Source: Melioribacter roseus (GTDB lineage: Bacteria; Bacteroidota; Ignavibacteria; Ignavibacteriales; Melioribacteraceae). From it: a DNA stretch of 64,000 nt. Positions 30,533 through 40,297 of this stretch are shown here, one piece after another; position 1 is the stretch's first letter; each line of letters begins with the position of its first letter. Both the position numbers and the translations under genes were made by a program. The stretch is taken from NCBI GenBank assembly GCA_020722065.1, contig DYLK01000001.1, positions 16,387 through 80,386 of the forward strand, written 5' to 3'. Under the pieces are notes generated by a model that ran no database searches, was not told the origin of the DNA, and saw only the letters and a list, made by a program, of their open reading frames with translations.

Positions 30533-32026
30533 ATGGCACCAAAATCATTAAAAATATTATTTGTAACTTCTGAAGTTATTCCGTTTACAAAAACGGGTGG
30601 TTTGGCAGATGTTTCTTCAGCCTTAACACAAAAATTGTTGCAAAGCGGACATCAAATAAGAATATTAACTCCAAAATATGGTGCGATAGACGAAAGAAAA
30701 CACAAAATTCACGAAGTTGTAAGATTAAAAGATATTCCAACTCAAATTGCTGGTAAAGATATTACTTTTTCTTTACGCTCATCGTTTTTACCTGGACAAA
30801 AAACACGTGTTCAATTATATTTTTTAGACAATCAAGAATATTTTGGAAGCCGATTTTCTCTTTATATGGACCCAATTTCTGGTGTCGATTTTGCTGATAA
30901 TGATGAAAGATTTATTCTTTTAGCTAAGTCTGCAATAGAATTAATAGAAAGATTAGGTTGGTATCCTGATATTATTCACTGCAACGATTGGCAAACTGGA
31001 CTTGTTCCAGCATACGTTAAACTTGCGAGTCAAACAAAAGAAGAATTCAAGAAAATTAAAACTTTATTTACAATTCATAATATTTCTTTGCAGGGAATAT
31101 TTCCAAAAAGTACTTGCAAAAAGATAGAATTGCCTGCCGACGATTGTGTAGATTCAAAAATAACTATAAAAGAAAAACCAAGTTTTTTGAAAGCTGGATT
31201 AATTTACGCCGACTCCATTAGTACTGTAAGCGAAAGTTTTGCAAAAGAAATTTCTACAAGTGCTGAATTGAGCTATGGATTAAATGAATTTTTGCTTTCG
31301 AGAAAAGAAAATTTATTTGGAATTTTGAACGGAATTGACCAGTCAATTTGGAACCCAGAGAAAGATAAATTAATTCCCAAAAAATATTCAATTGATAAAT
31401 TAGAAAATAAATTAGTAAATAGAGAATCATTAACTGAAAAATTTAACATTGAAGTTGATGAAAACACTCCAATTGTTGGAAATATTTCCCGATTATATGA
31501 TTCAAAAGGCTTCGATTTAATTAAAAAATCTTTTAAACAGTTGATGAAATTGCCAATGAAATTAATAATTCTTGGCACAGGTGATAAAAAATACCACGAA
31601 TTCTTTGATGAAATGGCATTTGAATTTCGTGATAAATTTACATTTTACCCAGGTTTTGATGATAATATCGCCCATTTAATAGAAGCCGGTTCTGATATTT
31701 ACTTAATGCCTTCAAAATCTGAACCTTGTGGGCTGAATCAAATGTATAGTATGAATTATGGCACTGTCCCAGTTGTTCATTCAACAGGAGGATTAAAAGA
31801 TACTGTTATTCCTTTTAATATGGAAACAAGTGATGGGACTGGCTTTGTTTTTAATAATTATACAACTACTGATTTCTTAAATACACTTGAAACTGCAATT
31901 AATATATTCATTAATAACCGCAAAATTTGGCAAAAAATAATGATAAATGGAATGTCAACTGACTTTTCTTGGGAAAATTCTGCGGAAAATTATGTGAAAT
32001 TATATAAACAAATAATTGCAAAATAA
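30533..32026 (+). CDS. glgA: Glycogen/starch synthase (GT5)
   Basis: 497 aa. Motifs ILFVTSEVIPFTKTGGLADV, HCNDWQTGL, SR...KG.DL and PS..EPCGL.QMY....GT.P.V..TGGL.DTV. Confidence 0.93.
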   Translation: MAPKSLKILFVTSEVIPFTKTGGLADVSSALTQKLLQSGHQIRILTPKYGAIDERKHKIHEVVRLKDIPTQIAGKDITFSLRSSFLPGQKTRVQLYFLDNQEYFGSRFSLYMDPISGVDFADNDERFILLAKSAIELIERLGWYPDIIHCNDWQTGLVPAYVKLASQTKEEFKKIKTLFTIHNISLQGIFPKSTCKKIELPADDCVDSKITIKEKPSFLKAGLIYADSISTVSESFAKEISTSAELSYGLNEFLLSRKENLFGILNGIDQSIWNPEKDKLIPKKYSIDKLENKLVNRESLTEKFNIEVDENTPIVGNISRLYDSKGFDLIKKSFKQLMKLPMKLIILGTGDKKYHEFFDEMAFEFRDKFTFYPGFDDNIAHLIEAGSDIYLMPSKSEPCGLNQMYSMNYGTVPVVHSTGGLKDTVIPFNMETSDGTGFVFNNYTTTDFLNTLETAINIFINNRKIWQKIMINGMSTDFSWENSAENYVKLYKQIIAK

Positions 32027-32029
32027 TTA

Positions 32030-32611
32030 ATGATTCCATCAGCAATATTTTTTGATAGAGACGGAACTTTAAATTATGATTATGGTTATGTAAGAGACCC
32101 TAATTTAATTAAACTGCTACCTGGAGTTAACGAAGGTTTAACTTTACTTCGCAAAAAATTCTCTAAAATCCCATTTATTGTAATAACAAATCAAGCTGGG
32201 GTAGCTCGTGGTTTGATGAGTATGGAACAAGTTGAAATAATTAATAGTACAATCAACTCGCTAATTCAAGATGAAAATGCAAAAATTAATAAATTTTATT
32301 CTTGTCCATTTCATCCTGAATTTAGTGATAAATCTGATTTGAATTGTAGAAAGCCAAATCCCTATTTTCTTTATCAAGCAAAAAAGGAATTTGAGATTGT
32401 TCTTGAAAAATCTTTTTTCATAGGAGATAGAAATCATGATATTCTTGCAGGCAAAAGTGTTGGTTGTAAAACAATTTTGCTAAAATCAGATGTTTACCTG
32501 AACGAAGAAGAAATATTATCAGAGTTAAAACAGCCAGCTGATTTCGTAGCTGAAAATTTTTTAGAAGCAATTAATTTTATAATAAATCAATCTCCAATGG
32601 AGGAAAATTGA
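32030..32611 (+). CDS. gmhB: HAD-IIIA phosphatase, D,D-heptose 1,7-bisphosphate phosphatase-like
   Basis: 193 aa. Motifs FFDRDGTLN, TNQAGVARG, CRKPNP and IGDR..D..AG. Confidence 0.7.
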   Translation: MIPSAIFFDRDGTLNYDYGYVRDPNLIKLLPGVNEGLTLLRKKFSKIPFIVITNQAGVARGLMSMEQVEIINSTINSLIQDENAKINKFYSCPFHPEFSDKSDLNCRKPNPYFLYQAKKEFEIVLEKSFFIGDRNHDILAGKSVGCKTILLKSDVYLNEEEILSELKQPADFVAENFLEAINFIINQSPMEEN

Positions 32612-33786
32612 AATTTAAATATAAATTATCTTTAATATTTTTGTTAATCCCTTTGTTTTTTGGTTGTTCTGAAAACCCAAATCAAATTGGGCTAGATGCA
32701 ATTCCAGATTACGACAAACTAAACTTAAAAAGTTGGAACACAAACGAAAATCCAATTGAAATGGAATCAGCTACTTTGCAAGATTCGATTTCTACAAGTT
32801 ATTCAAGCATAATTTTACTTGGTCAAACAAATAATGTGAAAAGTACATTATTACTTAAATTTTTAATTTCACTTCCAGATTCGATTAAAAATGCACTTTC
32901 TGCTGATAGTCTAATTATTAGAAAAGCATATTTAAAAGCCTCAATTGTATATAAACAAGGAAATGGGCCAAATCTAAATTTTACTGTAAATAATATTTTA
33001 CAATCTTGGACATCAACTACTTTTACAAAAGATAGTTTAGAATTACTTACTACTGACCCAACAAATTTGTATCAGAGCCAAGTTATAACCGACTCAACTT
33101 TTCAATTTGATTTTAATGTTGCTCCAGTTTACGATTGGTTTAAATCATACATTGATCCAGATACATACTCAAATTACGGTTTGTTGTTAAATCCCACAAA
33201 TAGCGATTTAATTCTCGGTTTTCCAGCTCTATCAGCATCATTAAGTGCTGCACAATTTCATCTTTACACAATTGTAGAAAAACCAGGTGAATTTATTGAT
33301 ACGTTATCTTTTTATACATCTATAGATTTGCATCTTGTTGATAGAGCTTATCCGACAGATACAGAATCTCGGATAACTTTGCAAGCTGGAACTGGAGTTC
33401 GAGGTAAGCTTAAATTTGATTTGACAACATTCCCAAAAAATTCAATAATAAATAAAGCGATCGTTAGAATATTTTATGAAAAAACAGAAGCTGATTTTGG
33501 CAGTAATCCATCAGATTCAATAATTGTTTATATGTTAAATTCAAATTCAGATTTTAATGTACGAACCGATGTTGGAAAGTGGCTTTTAACAGCTGATTCA
33601 TTAAAATATTCAGGAACAATTACTGAATTTGTACAACATTGGATTGATTATCCCGACTCAAATAATGGAATGCAACTTCGACTACTTGATGAATATGATG
33701 CAACAAGTGAAGTCAAATTATATCCAGCAAATTATGTAGATCCAACCAAACGTCCTTATCTCGAAATTATTTATACAAGGTTATAA
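32608..33786 (+). CDS. Lipoprotein, DUF4270-like
   Basis: 392 aa. TTG start behind GGAGGAAAA, with lipoprotein signal MKFKYKLSLIFLLIPLFFGCSEN. The DUF4270 call rests on the FCB-typical position after glgA and the general composition, not on a sharp motif. Confidence 0.45.
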   Translation: MKFKYKLSLIFLLIPLFFGCSENPNQIGLDAIPDYDKLNLKSWNTNENPIEMESATLQDSISTSYSSIILLGQTNNVKSTLLLKFLISLPDSIKNALSADSLIIRKAYLKASIVYKQGNGPNLNFTVNNILQSWTSTTFTKDSLELLTTDPTNLYQSQVITDSTFQFDFNVAPVYDWFKSYIDPDTYSNYGLLLNPTNSDLILGFPALSASLSAAQFHLYTIVEKPGEFIDTLSFYTSIDLHLVDRAYPTDTESRITLQAGTGVRGKLKFDLTTFPKNSIINKAIVRIFYEKTEADFGSNPSDSIIVYMLNSNSDFNVRTDVGKWLLTADSLKYSGTITEFVQHWIDYPDSNNGMQLRLLDEYDATSEVKLYPANYVDPTKRPYLEIIYTRL

Positions 33787-33788
33787 AT

Positions 33789-35024
33789 ATGAAATTACTA
33801 ATAAAAATAGTTTTAGTATTAATTACTACTTCAGCTTTTGCTCAAACAGGGAATGTTTATTCAAGATATGGAATTGGAGATGAATTAAGTTCATTTTCTG
33901 GTAGAATATTTGCACTTGGCGGAGCTTCATTAGCATTAGATGATTCAGAAAATCTTGCCTCATCAAATCCAGCTGCATTACACAATTTGAATCTAACAAG
34001 ATTTGAAGCTGGCGTAGCATTTCAACAAGCATTCCAAGAACAAAACGGTTTGAATAGTCAGTCATTTGATAACAGATTTATGGGAATAAAACTCGGCTTT
34101 CCCATTCATAAAGAATTAGGAATTGCTTTTGCATTATACATCGAACCTGTTGCATCGGTTAATTACGATGTTCGACACACATTTTCTTTTGAAGATGAAG
34201 ATGTTACTGAAAGATATGCTGGTGAAGGCGGAATTTCAAAAATCGGAATGGGAATTAGTTACAGACTTCCGTTCGGTTTTTCACTTGGTTCTTCTTTCGA
34301 TTATTATAGCGGTGAAACAAAATATATCTCAGAAATTATTTTCCCAATTGCATCTGCATACAACGATTCCTATCACGAAAAGCGATATCAACAACGTGCA
34401 ATTGGTTATAGTTTGGGAATTTTGTCAAACAATCTTTCTGAATATTTTGGAATTTCAGCAATAAACGATTTCAAAATCGGAGCTACTTTTCGCCAAATTC
34501 CCAAAATGATAGTCGATACTTCACTTGTTCTTAAATCTGATTTTGAAGAAGTAACAAACGAAGCCGCAACTGTTTATTCCGAAATTCCAAATCAAATTGC
34601 ATTTGGTATGAAAATGGACATCAGCAGAAAGTTTTTAATTTTAGCTGATTTATCAACTACACCTTGGTCAAAATATTCATTTAACGACCGAAAAATGCCA
34701 AATTTTGTGGATGATGTTAAATATAATTTCGGAGTTGAATATTTGGACAGAAATCCTCGTTCAAAAACTTTTCTTGAAGAAGTTACATACAGACTTGGAT
34801 TTGAATATAAAAAGTTAAATTACACAATTGAAGATACTCAACTACATCAATATGCTTGGAGTTTGGGTTTTGGTATTCCAATAAGCAATGATGATAATCT
34901 TGACTTTGGTGTTCAATATGGTTTCAGAGGAAATCCCGAAAATGATAATATCGTTCAGGAAAAATTTATAAAATTTGCACTTTCACTCTCTTTTGGTGAA
35001 CAGTGGTTCTTAAGAAAAGATTAA
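33789..35024 (+). CDS. Outer-membrane beta-barrel protein (PorV/PorQ- or FadL-like)
   Basis: 411 aa with signal peptide ..ITTSAFAQ. It has the N-terminal ..RIFALGGASLALDDSENLASSNPAAL motif seen in FadL/PorV-type barrels. Alternating amphipathic strands run to the end and the C-terminus is aromatic (..QWFLRKD). Confidence 0.45.
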   Translation: MKLLIKIVLVLITTSAFAQTGNVYSRYGIGDELSSFSGRIFALGGASLALDDSENLASSNPAALHNLNLTRFEAGVAFQQAFQEQNGLNSQSFDNRFMGIKLGFPIHKELGIAFALYIEPVASVNYDVRHTFSFEDEDVTERYAGEGGISKIGMGISYRLPFGFSLGSSFDYYSGETKYISEIIFPIASAYNDSYHEKRYQQRAIGYSLGILSNNLSEYFGISAINDFKIGATFRQIPKMIVDTSLVLKSDFEEVTNEAATVYSEIPNQIAFGMKMDISRKFLILADLSTTPWSKYSFNDRKMPNFVDDVKYNFGVEYLDRNPRSKTFLEEVTYRLGFEYKKLNYTIEDTQLHQYAWSLGFGIPISNDDNLDFGVQYGFRGNPENDNIVQEKFIKFALSLSFGEQWFLRKD

Positions 35025-35051
35025 CAAAAAATAATTGAAATTAGCGAGGAA

Positions 35052-36350
35052 ATGATGTTGAATTTTTTACAAAAAGATGAAGAAATATTCAGAATAGCTA
35101 AATCTGAATTATCTCGACAAGAAAACTATATTGAATTAATTGCATCAGAAAATTTTGTTTCACCAGCAGTTTTAGCTGCTGCTGGTTCAGTTTTAACTAA
35201 CAAATACGCAGAAGGTTATCCAGGTAAAAGATATTACGGCGGCTGTGAATTTGTTGACCAAGCTGAAGAATTAGCAAAAGACAGATTGAAAAAGCTATTT
35301 GGAGCTGAATATGTAAATGTTCAACCTCATAGTGGATCACAAGCAAATATGGCAGTTTATATGTCGTTACTTGAACCAGGCGATAAAGTACTTGGATTAA
35401 GTCTTGACCACGGCGGACATTTAACACACGGTTCACTTGTCAATTTTTCGGGGAAAATATATAAATCAATTGGATATTCATTAAATAAAGAAACTCAACT
35501 TTTGGATTACAATTTTATTGAAGATTTAGCTACAAAAGAAAAACCTAAAATGATTATTGCTGGAGCAAGTGCATATTCTCGCGATTGGGATTTTGAGAAA
35601 TTCCGCCAAATTGCCGATAAAGTCGGGGCTTATTTAATGGCTGATATTGCTCATCCTGCAGGATTAATTGCAAAAGGTTTCTTGAATAATCCTCTTCCAT
35701 TTTGCGATGTTGTAACTTCTACAACTCATAAAACTCTCCGCGGTCCGCGTGGTGGAATTATTATGATGGGCAAAGATTATGAAAATAAAATGGGAATTAA
35801 AACTCTAAAAGGTGATAGATTAAAATTAATGTCCGAAATTTTTGATGGAACTGTTATGCCTGGAATTCAAGGTGGACCTTTAATGCATATAATTATGGCG
35901 AAAGCAGTTGCATTTGGTGAAGCTTTGCAAGATTCATTCAAAGATTATATTCAACAAGTTATTCTTAATGCAAAATCATTAGCTAAAAAATTAATGGAAT
36001 ATGATTTTCAGATTATTTCTGGTGGAACTGATAACCATTTAATGCTTGTTGATTTATCTAACAAAAATATTAGTGGCAAGAAAACTGAAAATATTCTTGA
36101 ACAAGCTGGAATTACATTAAATAAAAATATGGTTCCTTTCGATACACGCTCGCCATTTATTACAAGTGGAATTAGAATTGGAACTGCGGCAATTACAACA
36201 AGAGGTATGAAAGAAGCGGAAATGGAAAAAATTGCTGAATTTATTAATAGAGTTGTTTCCAATCCAGAAAATGAAAATGTTATTTCGCAAGTTAAAACTG
36301 AAGTTAGTGAGTTAACAAAACAATTCCCTATTTATCCTGAATTAGCTTAA
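35052..36350 (+). CDS. glyA: Serine hydroxymethyltransferase
   Basis: 432 aa. Motifs [36 protein letters not shown] and [12 protein letters not shown]. The second ATG at 35055 is also possible. Confidence 0.97.
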   Translation: MMLNFLQKDEEIFRIAKSELSRQENYIELIASENFVSPAVLAAAGSVLTNKYAEGYPGKRYYGGCEFVDQAEELAKDRLKKLFGAEYVNVQPHSGSQANMAVYMSLLEPGDKVLGLSLDHGGHLTHGSLVNFSGKIYKSIGYSLNKETQLLDYNFIEDLATKEKPKMIIAGASAYSRDWDFEKFRQIADKVGAYLMADIAHPAGLIAKGFLNNPLPFCDVVTSTTHKTLRGPRGGIIMMGKDYENKMGIKTLKGDRLKLMSEIFDGTVMPGIQGGPLMHIIMAKAVAFGEALQDSFKDYIQQVILNAKSLAKKLMEYDFQIISGGTDNHLMLVDLSNKNISGKKTENILEQAGITLNKNMVPFDTRSPFITSGIRIGTAAITTRGMKEAEMEKIAEFINRVVSNPENENVISQVKTEVSELTKQFPIYPELA

Positions 36351-36358
36351 ATATTTCA

Positions 36359-36395
36359 GAGAAGTTCAAGCGAATCTTGGACTTCTCGACTTTTT
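36359..36395 (+). terminator. Rho-independent terminator after glyA
   Basis: GAGAAGTTCAAG-cgaat-CTTGGACTTCTC is a 12-bp stem (one G-U pair) with a 5-nt loop, followed by GACTTTTT. It starts 9 nt after the glyA stop. Confidence 0.75.
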
Positions 36396-36463
36396 CACAA
36401 TCATATTCAAATTTATCCTTCTGAAATGTTATTTTATACAATCTAAAAAACTTGAGTTAATCA

Positions 36464-37702
36464 ATGAAAACAATTGTAATTTATGAAGATTCGTTAATCA
36501 CAAATTTTTTGCCTCTTGTGTATTTTCGTCCAATTTATGATTTAATAACAGGAATTGATTCTTTACGAACCAAAATTTCAAGACAGTTTGGTGAAAAAAT
36601 TATTTTACATTCTCGTAAATACCTTGAAATTTATCTTAAATCTGTAAACACTAAGAATTTGGTTAATCAATTTGAAGATGAAAATCTTCTTTTTATTAAC
36701 GGAAGGGTAATATTTTCTGAAAATGATTTTCAGATATTGAAAAATGTGAAAAATGAAACACTGTTTTTAAGTGAAAATCAAATTGTTGCAGCGTTTTTAT
36801 CTAAGAAAAATTATCAAAAAGTTGTAGAAAACTCAGATTTATTAGATTTCTCAATATTAATTTCTGAAGTAGAAACAGCAAATCTTAATTCAAAAGTATT
36901 AAATTATGCTTGGGATTTGTTTTCAAACAATGGCGAACAAATCAACATTGATTTGAAATATCATAATTATTCAAAATTCGCAAACAATTATGATGGAGTT
37001 TTTACTCGAAATTCTGACCAAATCTTTCTCGGGAAAAATGTGGATATTCATCCAAATTGTTTTCTTGATGCAACACACGGACCAATAATTCTTGATGATA
37101 ATTCTACGATTATGTCGCAAACAACAATTCAAGGTCCAACTTATATTGGGAAAAATTCTATAATTAAAATCGGTTCAAAAATCTACCATGAAACGACAAT
37201 TGGCAATACTTGCAAAGTTGGCGGGGAAGTGGAAAATTCAATAATTCATGGTTTTTCTAACAAACAACATGATGGATTTTTAGGACATTCGTACATTTCA
37301 GAATGGTGTAATTTGGGTGCTGGGACAAATAATAGCGATCTGAAAAATAATTACGACAAAATTTCTGTAAAAATGAATGGCAAAAATGTTGATACAAATT
37401 TGCAATTTGTTGGGTTAATTATGGGTGATCATAGTAAAACTGCAATTGGAACGCAATTTAATACTGGCACTATTTGCGGAGTTTCAGCAAATGTTTTTGG
37501 GGCTGGATTTCCATCACGAAATATTCCATCGTTTTCTTGGGGCGGAGCAGATTTGATAAAATCCTACCAATTAGAAAAAGCCAAGGAGGTGGCAAAAATT
37601 GTGATGAATCGAAGAAAAGTCGAGTTTTCAGAAGTTTACGAACAAATTTTTGATGAAGTTTATCGATTATCAGAAATTGAACGGTTGGCAATAAGGAAGT
37701 AA
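36464..37702 (+). CDS. GlmU-like putative sugar nucleotidyltransferase with left-handed beta-helix
   Basis: 412 aa. The N-terminal nucleotidyltransferase-like half (PLVYFRPIYDL..G) is followed by hexapeptide repeats (IGKNS.IKIGSKI..ETTIGNTCKVGGEVENSII). It ends in the C-terminal block GDHSKTAIGTQFNTGT..GV typical of this family. Confidence 0.6.
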   Translation: MKTIVIYEDSLITNFLPLVYFRPIYDLITGIDSLRTKISRQFGEKIILHSRKYLEIYLKSVNTKNLVNQFEDENLLFINGRVIFSENDFQILKNVKNETLFLSENQIVAAFLSKKNYQKVVENSDLLDFSILISEVETANLNSKVLNYAWDLFSNNGEQINIDLKYHNYSKFANNYDGVFTRNSDQIFLGKNVDIHPNCFLDATHGPIILDDNSTIMSQTTIQGPTYIGKNSIIKIGSKIYHETTIGNTCKVGGEVENSIIHGFSNKQHDGFLGHSYISEWCNLGAGTNNSDLKNNYDKISVKMNGKNVDTNLQFVGLIMGDHSKTAIGTQFNTGTICGVSANVFGAGFPSRNIPSFSWGGADLIKSYQLEKAKEVAKIVMNRRKVEFSEVYEQIFDEVYRLSEIERLAIRK

Positions 37703-39315
37703 TGTTTCGTAATTATTTTTATTTGGGTAGAACTGCATTCGAACTTTCTTCTGAACTAAAAGATTTTAAAATTGTTGATATTTACACGCAAGAAAAAGAT
37801 GTACTTTTCCTTGATGTTTACAAAAACGAAATTCAGAAAACTTTAGTAATCTCCACAAATCCACAAATCCAATATTTTTATCTAAAAGAAAATCATAAAA
37901 AAGCGAAAAAGAATGTAATTTCTTACTTTCACGACTCAATTCCTTCTAAAATTAATTCAATCTCAATTTCTGATAGAGATAGAATTCTGAAGATTGAAAC
38001 TGAAGAATTTGATTTATTCTTTACAATTCGTGGACCAAAAACAAACGTCTTATTTAAGTTTACAGATTCAACAATAAGTAGTTTTAAGAAAACTGTTGAT
38101 GAATATTTGAGATCATTTTTTATTGAAATATCTGAGCAGAAATTCCTAAAAAATAAAAATGATATTTTCTTTAACTTATTTGATAATAATACTTTAGAAA
38201 AAATTCAAAATGATAAAAGAATAAATAGAAGAATTTGGTTAGAGTATAAATCGAAGTTCGGAGATGATGTTCAGATTGCCAAAATCAAGCAAGTTGTTTC
38301 ACAAATATTTGATTCGAGAATTAGGATTTTAGTTGACGATAACTTAGCAAAAGTTGATTTTCTATTTGAAAATTGGGAAAGCGAAATTCATCAATCGCAA
38401 GTTTATGATTTTAACGAAAGTAACTCGGCAATAGCAAAATTCATTTCGATACATTATAAATATTCAATTTTAAGTCGAACGGAAAGTGATTTATCTAAAA
38501 AAATAGAAAAAGATTTAGCTTTTTGGAGCGAGAAATTGAATAATCTTCAAGCAAGAATTGAGATGGGTTCGCAATCTGAAAAGTATTCACATTGGGCAAA
38601 TCTCTTGTTGGCTAATATTTATAAAATAAAAAAGGGAATGGAAAGTATTGTAGTTGAAGATTATTCAAATGGCGAAAGCGTTGAAATTAAGCTAAATCCC
38701 AAAATTGAACCAAATAAAAATGTTGACTATTATTTTGAAAAATCCAGAGATGAAAAAATCAATTATGCTAAATCAATCGAAATATTCGAACAGACTAAAG
38801 CTAAGTACATGGAATTATTAGATTTACAAAAAGAAATTAGCAAATCAGAAAGTTTGCAGAATTTGAATCAAATTAGTAAAAATCTTTTAGGAAATAAATC
38901 AAAAGAAAAAACTAAGATGGAAGATGAAAAAATAAAGTATAAAAAATTTGTAGTTGAGCAAAAATATAGTGTTTTTGTTGGGAAAGATTCTGAAAGTAAT
39001 GATAGACTTACGTTCAATTTTGCAAAGCAGAATGATTTGTGGTTTCATGCACGAGGTTTGGCTGGCTCGCACACAGTTTTACGAATTGAAAACACAAAGG
39101 AAGTCATCCCAAAATCAGTAATTAAAAAAGCTGCTTCAATTGCAGCATTTTTCAGTAAAGGGAAAACAGCATCACTTGTGCCAGTTTCTTACACTTTCCG
39201 CAAGTTTGTAAGAAAATCAAAAGGAATGCCAGCTGGACAAGTAATTATTTCAAATGAAAATGTTGTAATTGTTCCACCAGAAATACCAAAAGACGCAGAG
39301 GAAATTTATGAATAG
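37702..39315 (+). CDS. NFACT-family protein (FbpA/RqcH-like) with DUF814
   Basis: 537 aa. The DUF814/NFACT-R block is VFVGKDSESNDRLTFNFAKQNDLWFHARGLAGSHTVLR, followed by VSYTFRKFVRKSKGMPAGQV. A coiled-coil middle region is present. Confidence 0.75.
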   Translation: MFRNYFYLGRTAFELSSELKDFKIVDIYTQEKDVLFLDVYKNEIQKTLVISTNPQIQYFYLKENHKKAKKNVISYFHDSIPSKINSISISDRDRILKIETEEFDLFFTIRGPKTNVLFKFTDSTISSFKKTVDEYLRSFFIEISEQKFLKNKNDIFFNLFDNNTLEKIQNDKRINRRIWLEYKSKFGDDVQIAKIKQVVSQIFDSRIRILVDDNLAKVDFLFENWESEIHQSQVYDFNESNSAIAKFISIHYKYSILSRTESDLSKKIEKDLAFWSEKLNNLQARIEMGSQSEKYSHWANLLLANIYKIKKGMESIVVEDYSNGESVEIKLNPKIEPNKNVDYYFEKSRDEKINYAKSIEIFEQTKAKYMELLDLQKEISKSESLQNLNQISKNLLGNKSKEKTKMEDEKIKYKKFVVEQKYSVFVGKDSESNDRLTFNFAKQNDLWFHARGLAGSHTVLRIENTKEVIPKSVIKKAASIAAFFSKGKTASLVPVSYTFRKFVRKSKGMPAGQVIISNENVVIVPPEIPKDAEEIYE

Positions 39316-39664
39316 TAAAATTTTATTAAGATACACAACTGCAAAAGCAAATTGCGAAAATGAATTGTTTTTAGCAAAATTAGCATTAGAAGAGGGAAAT
39401 CACGGAAAAGTTAGAACTTGCGTTCGTCGAGCTATTGGATTTTTAACCGAGATTTACCTTTTGGAAAATCCAAATTCACAATACGGACATAGTTTTATGA
39501 ACAATTTACGTGGAATTATTGGTGATTTATCAATTCCAGAAAATATTCGAAATTCAGCGGAAATTCTTATAACAAAAACATCAAATTATGAAGTTGACGG
39601 AAAAACAGCTCTTGAAAATGGAGAAATTGTGATTGAATATTTCAAAAAAATATTAGAAAAATAA
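39308..39664 (+). CDS. Hypothetical helical protein (118 aa)
   Basis: The track ORF starts at 39269, but ATG 39308 (MNSKILLRYTT) overlaps the NFACT stop in an ATGAATAG arrangement. I recognised no family motif. Confidence 0.5.
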   Translation: MNSKILLRYTTAKANCENELFLAKLALEEGNHGKVRTCVRRAIGFLTEIYLLENPNSQYGHSFMNNLRGIIGDLSIPENIRNSAEILITKTSNYEVDGKTALENGEIVIEYFKKILEK

Positions 39665-39669
39665 ACAAT

Positions 39670-40290
39670 ATGAACTATTTACAAATCTTTGGATATGTCG
39701 CTTCTGGTTTAATTGCAATTTCATTAATGATGAAAAACATTGTAAAATTACGCTGGTTGAATCTTTTGGGAGCTTCTTCTTTTGCTACTTACGGATTTTT
39801 AGTTGGTGCGATGCCAGTATTTTTCTTAAATTCATTTATTACTTTGGTTGATATTTACTATTTAATCATCATTTACAAAAAGAAAGATGATTTTTCCCTT
39901 GTAAATGCAAACGAAAACTCACCATTTCTTAAGCAATTTGTAGATTATTATTCTAAAGATTTGCTTCATTTTTTCCCAGATTTCGACTTGAATAAAATCC
40001 AACATTTCAAAGTATATTTTGTATTAAGAAATTTGTTGCCCGTTGGTTTATTTATTTATCGTGAATTGGGGGAAAATAAAATTGAAATTTTGGTCGATTA
40101 TGCAATTCCAAATTACCGGGATTTGAATAACGCCAAATTCCTTTTCAAAGCTGGAAGGAATTTCTTTATTGAACATAATTATCAAAAAATTCTTGCAACT
40201 GCTGAAAATCCAATTCATAAGAAATATTTAGAAAAAATAGGTTTTAGAAAATTATCTGAAAACGAATTTGAATATTATCCTTCTTTATAA
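39670..40290 (+). CDS. Membrane protein: three-helix YgjV/PQ-loop-like N-terminus fused to a GNAT-like C-terminal domain
   Basis: 206 aa. Residues 1-70 are three hydrophobic helices (IFGYVASGLIAISLMM, LNLLGASSFATYGFLV, PVFFLNSFITLVDIYYLIII). The C-terminus ends ..YQKILATAENPIHKKYLEKIGFRK, resembling the GNAT beta-alpha terminus. Confidence 0.4.
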   Translation: MNYLQIFGYVASGLIAISLMMKNIVKLRWLNLLGASSFATYGFLVGAMPVFFLNSFITLVDIYYLIIIYKKKDDFSLVNANENSPFLKQFVDYYSKDLLHFFPDFDLNKIQHFKVYFVLRNLLPVGLFIYRELGENKIEILVDYAIPNYRDLNNAKFLFKAGRNFFIEHNYQKILATAENPIHKKYLEKIGFRKLSENEFEYYPSL

Positions 40291-40297
40291 TGAATTC

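Noticed and set aside
39169-39183. A second sigma-54-like match (TGGCAC-AAGTG-ATGC) on the minus strand.
   Set aside because: It lies inside the NFACT coding sequence in antisense orientation with no downstream minus-strand gene, so it is most likely a chance occurrence.
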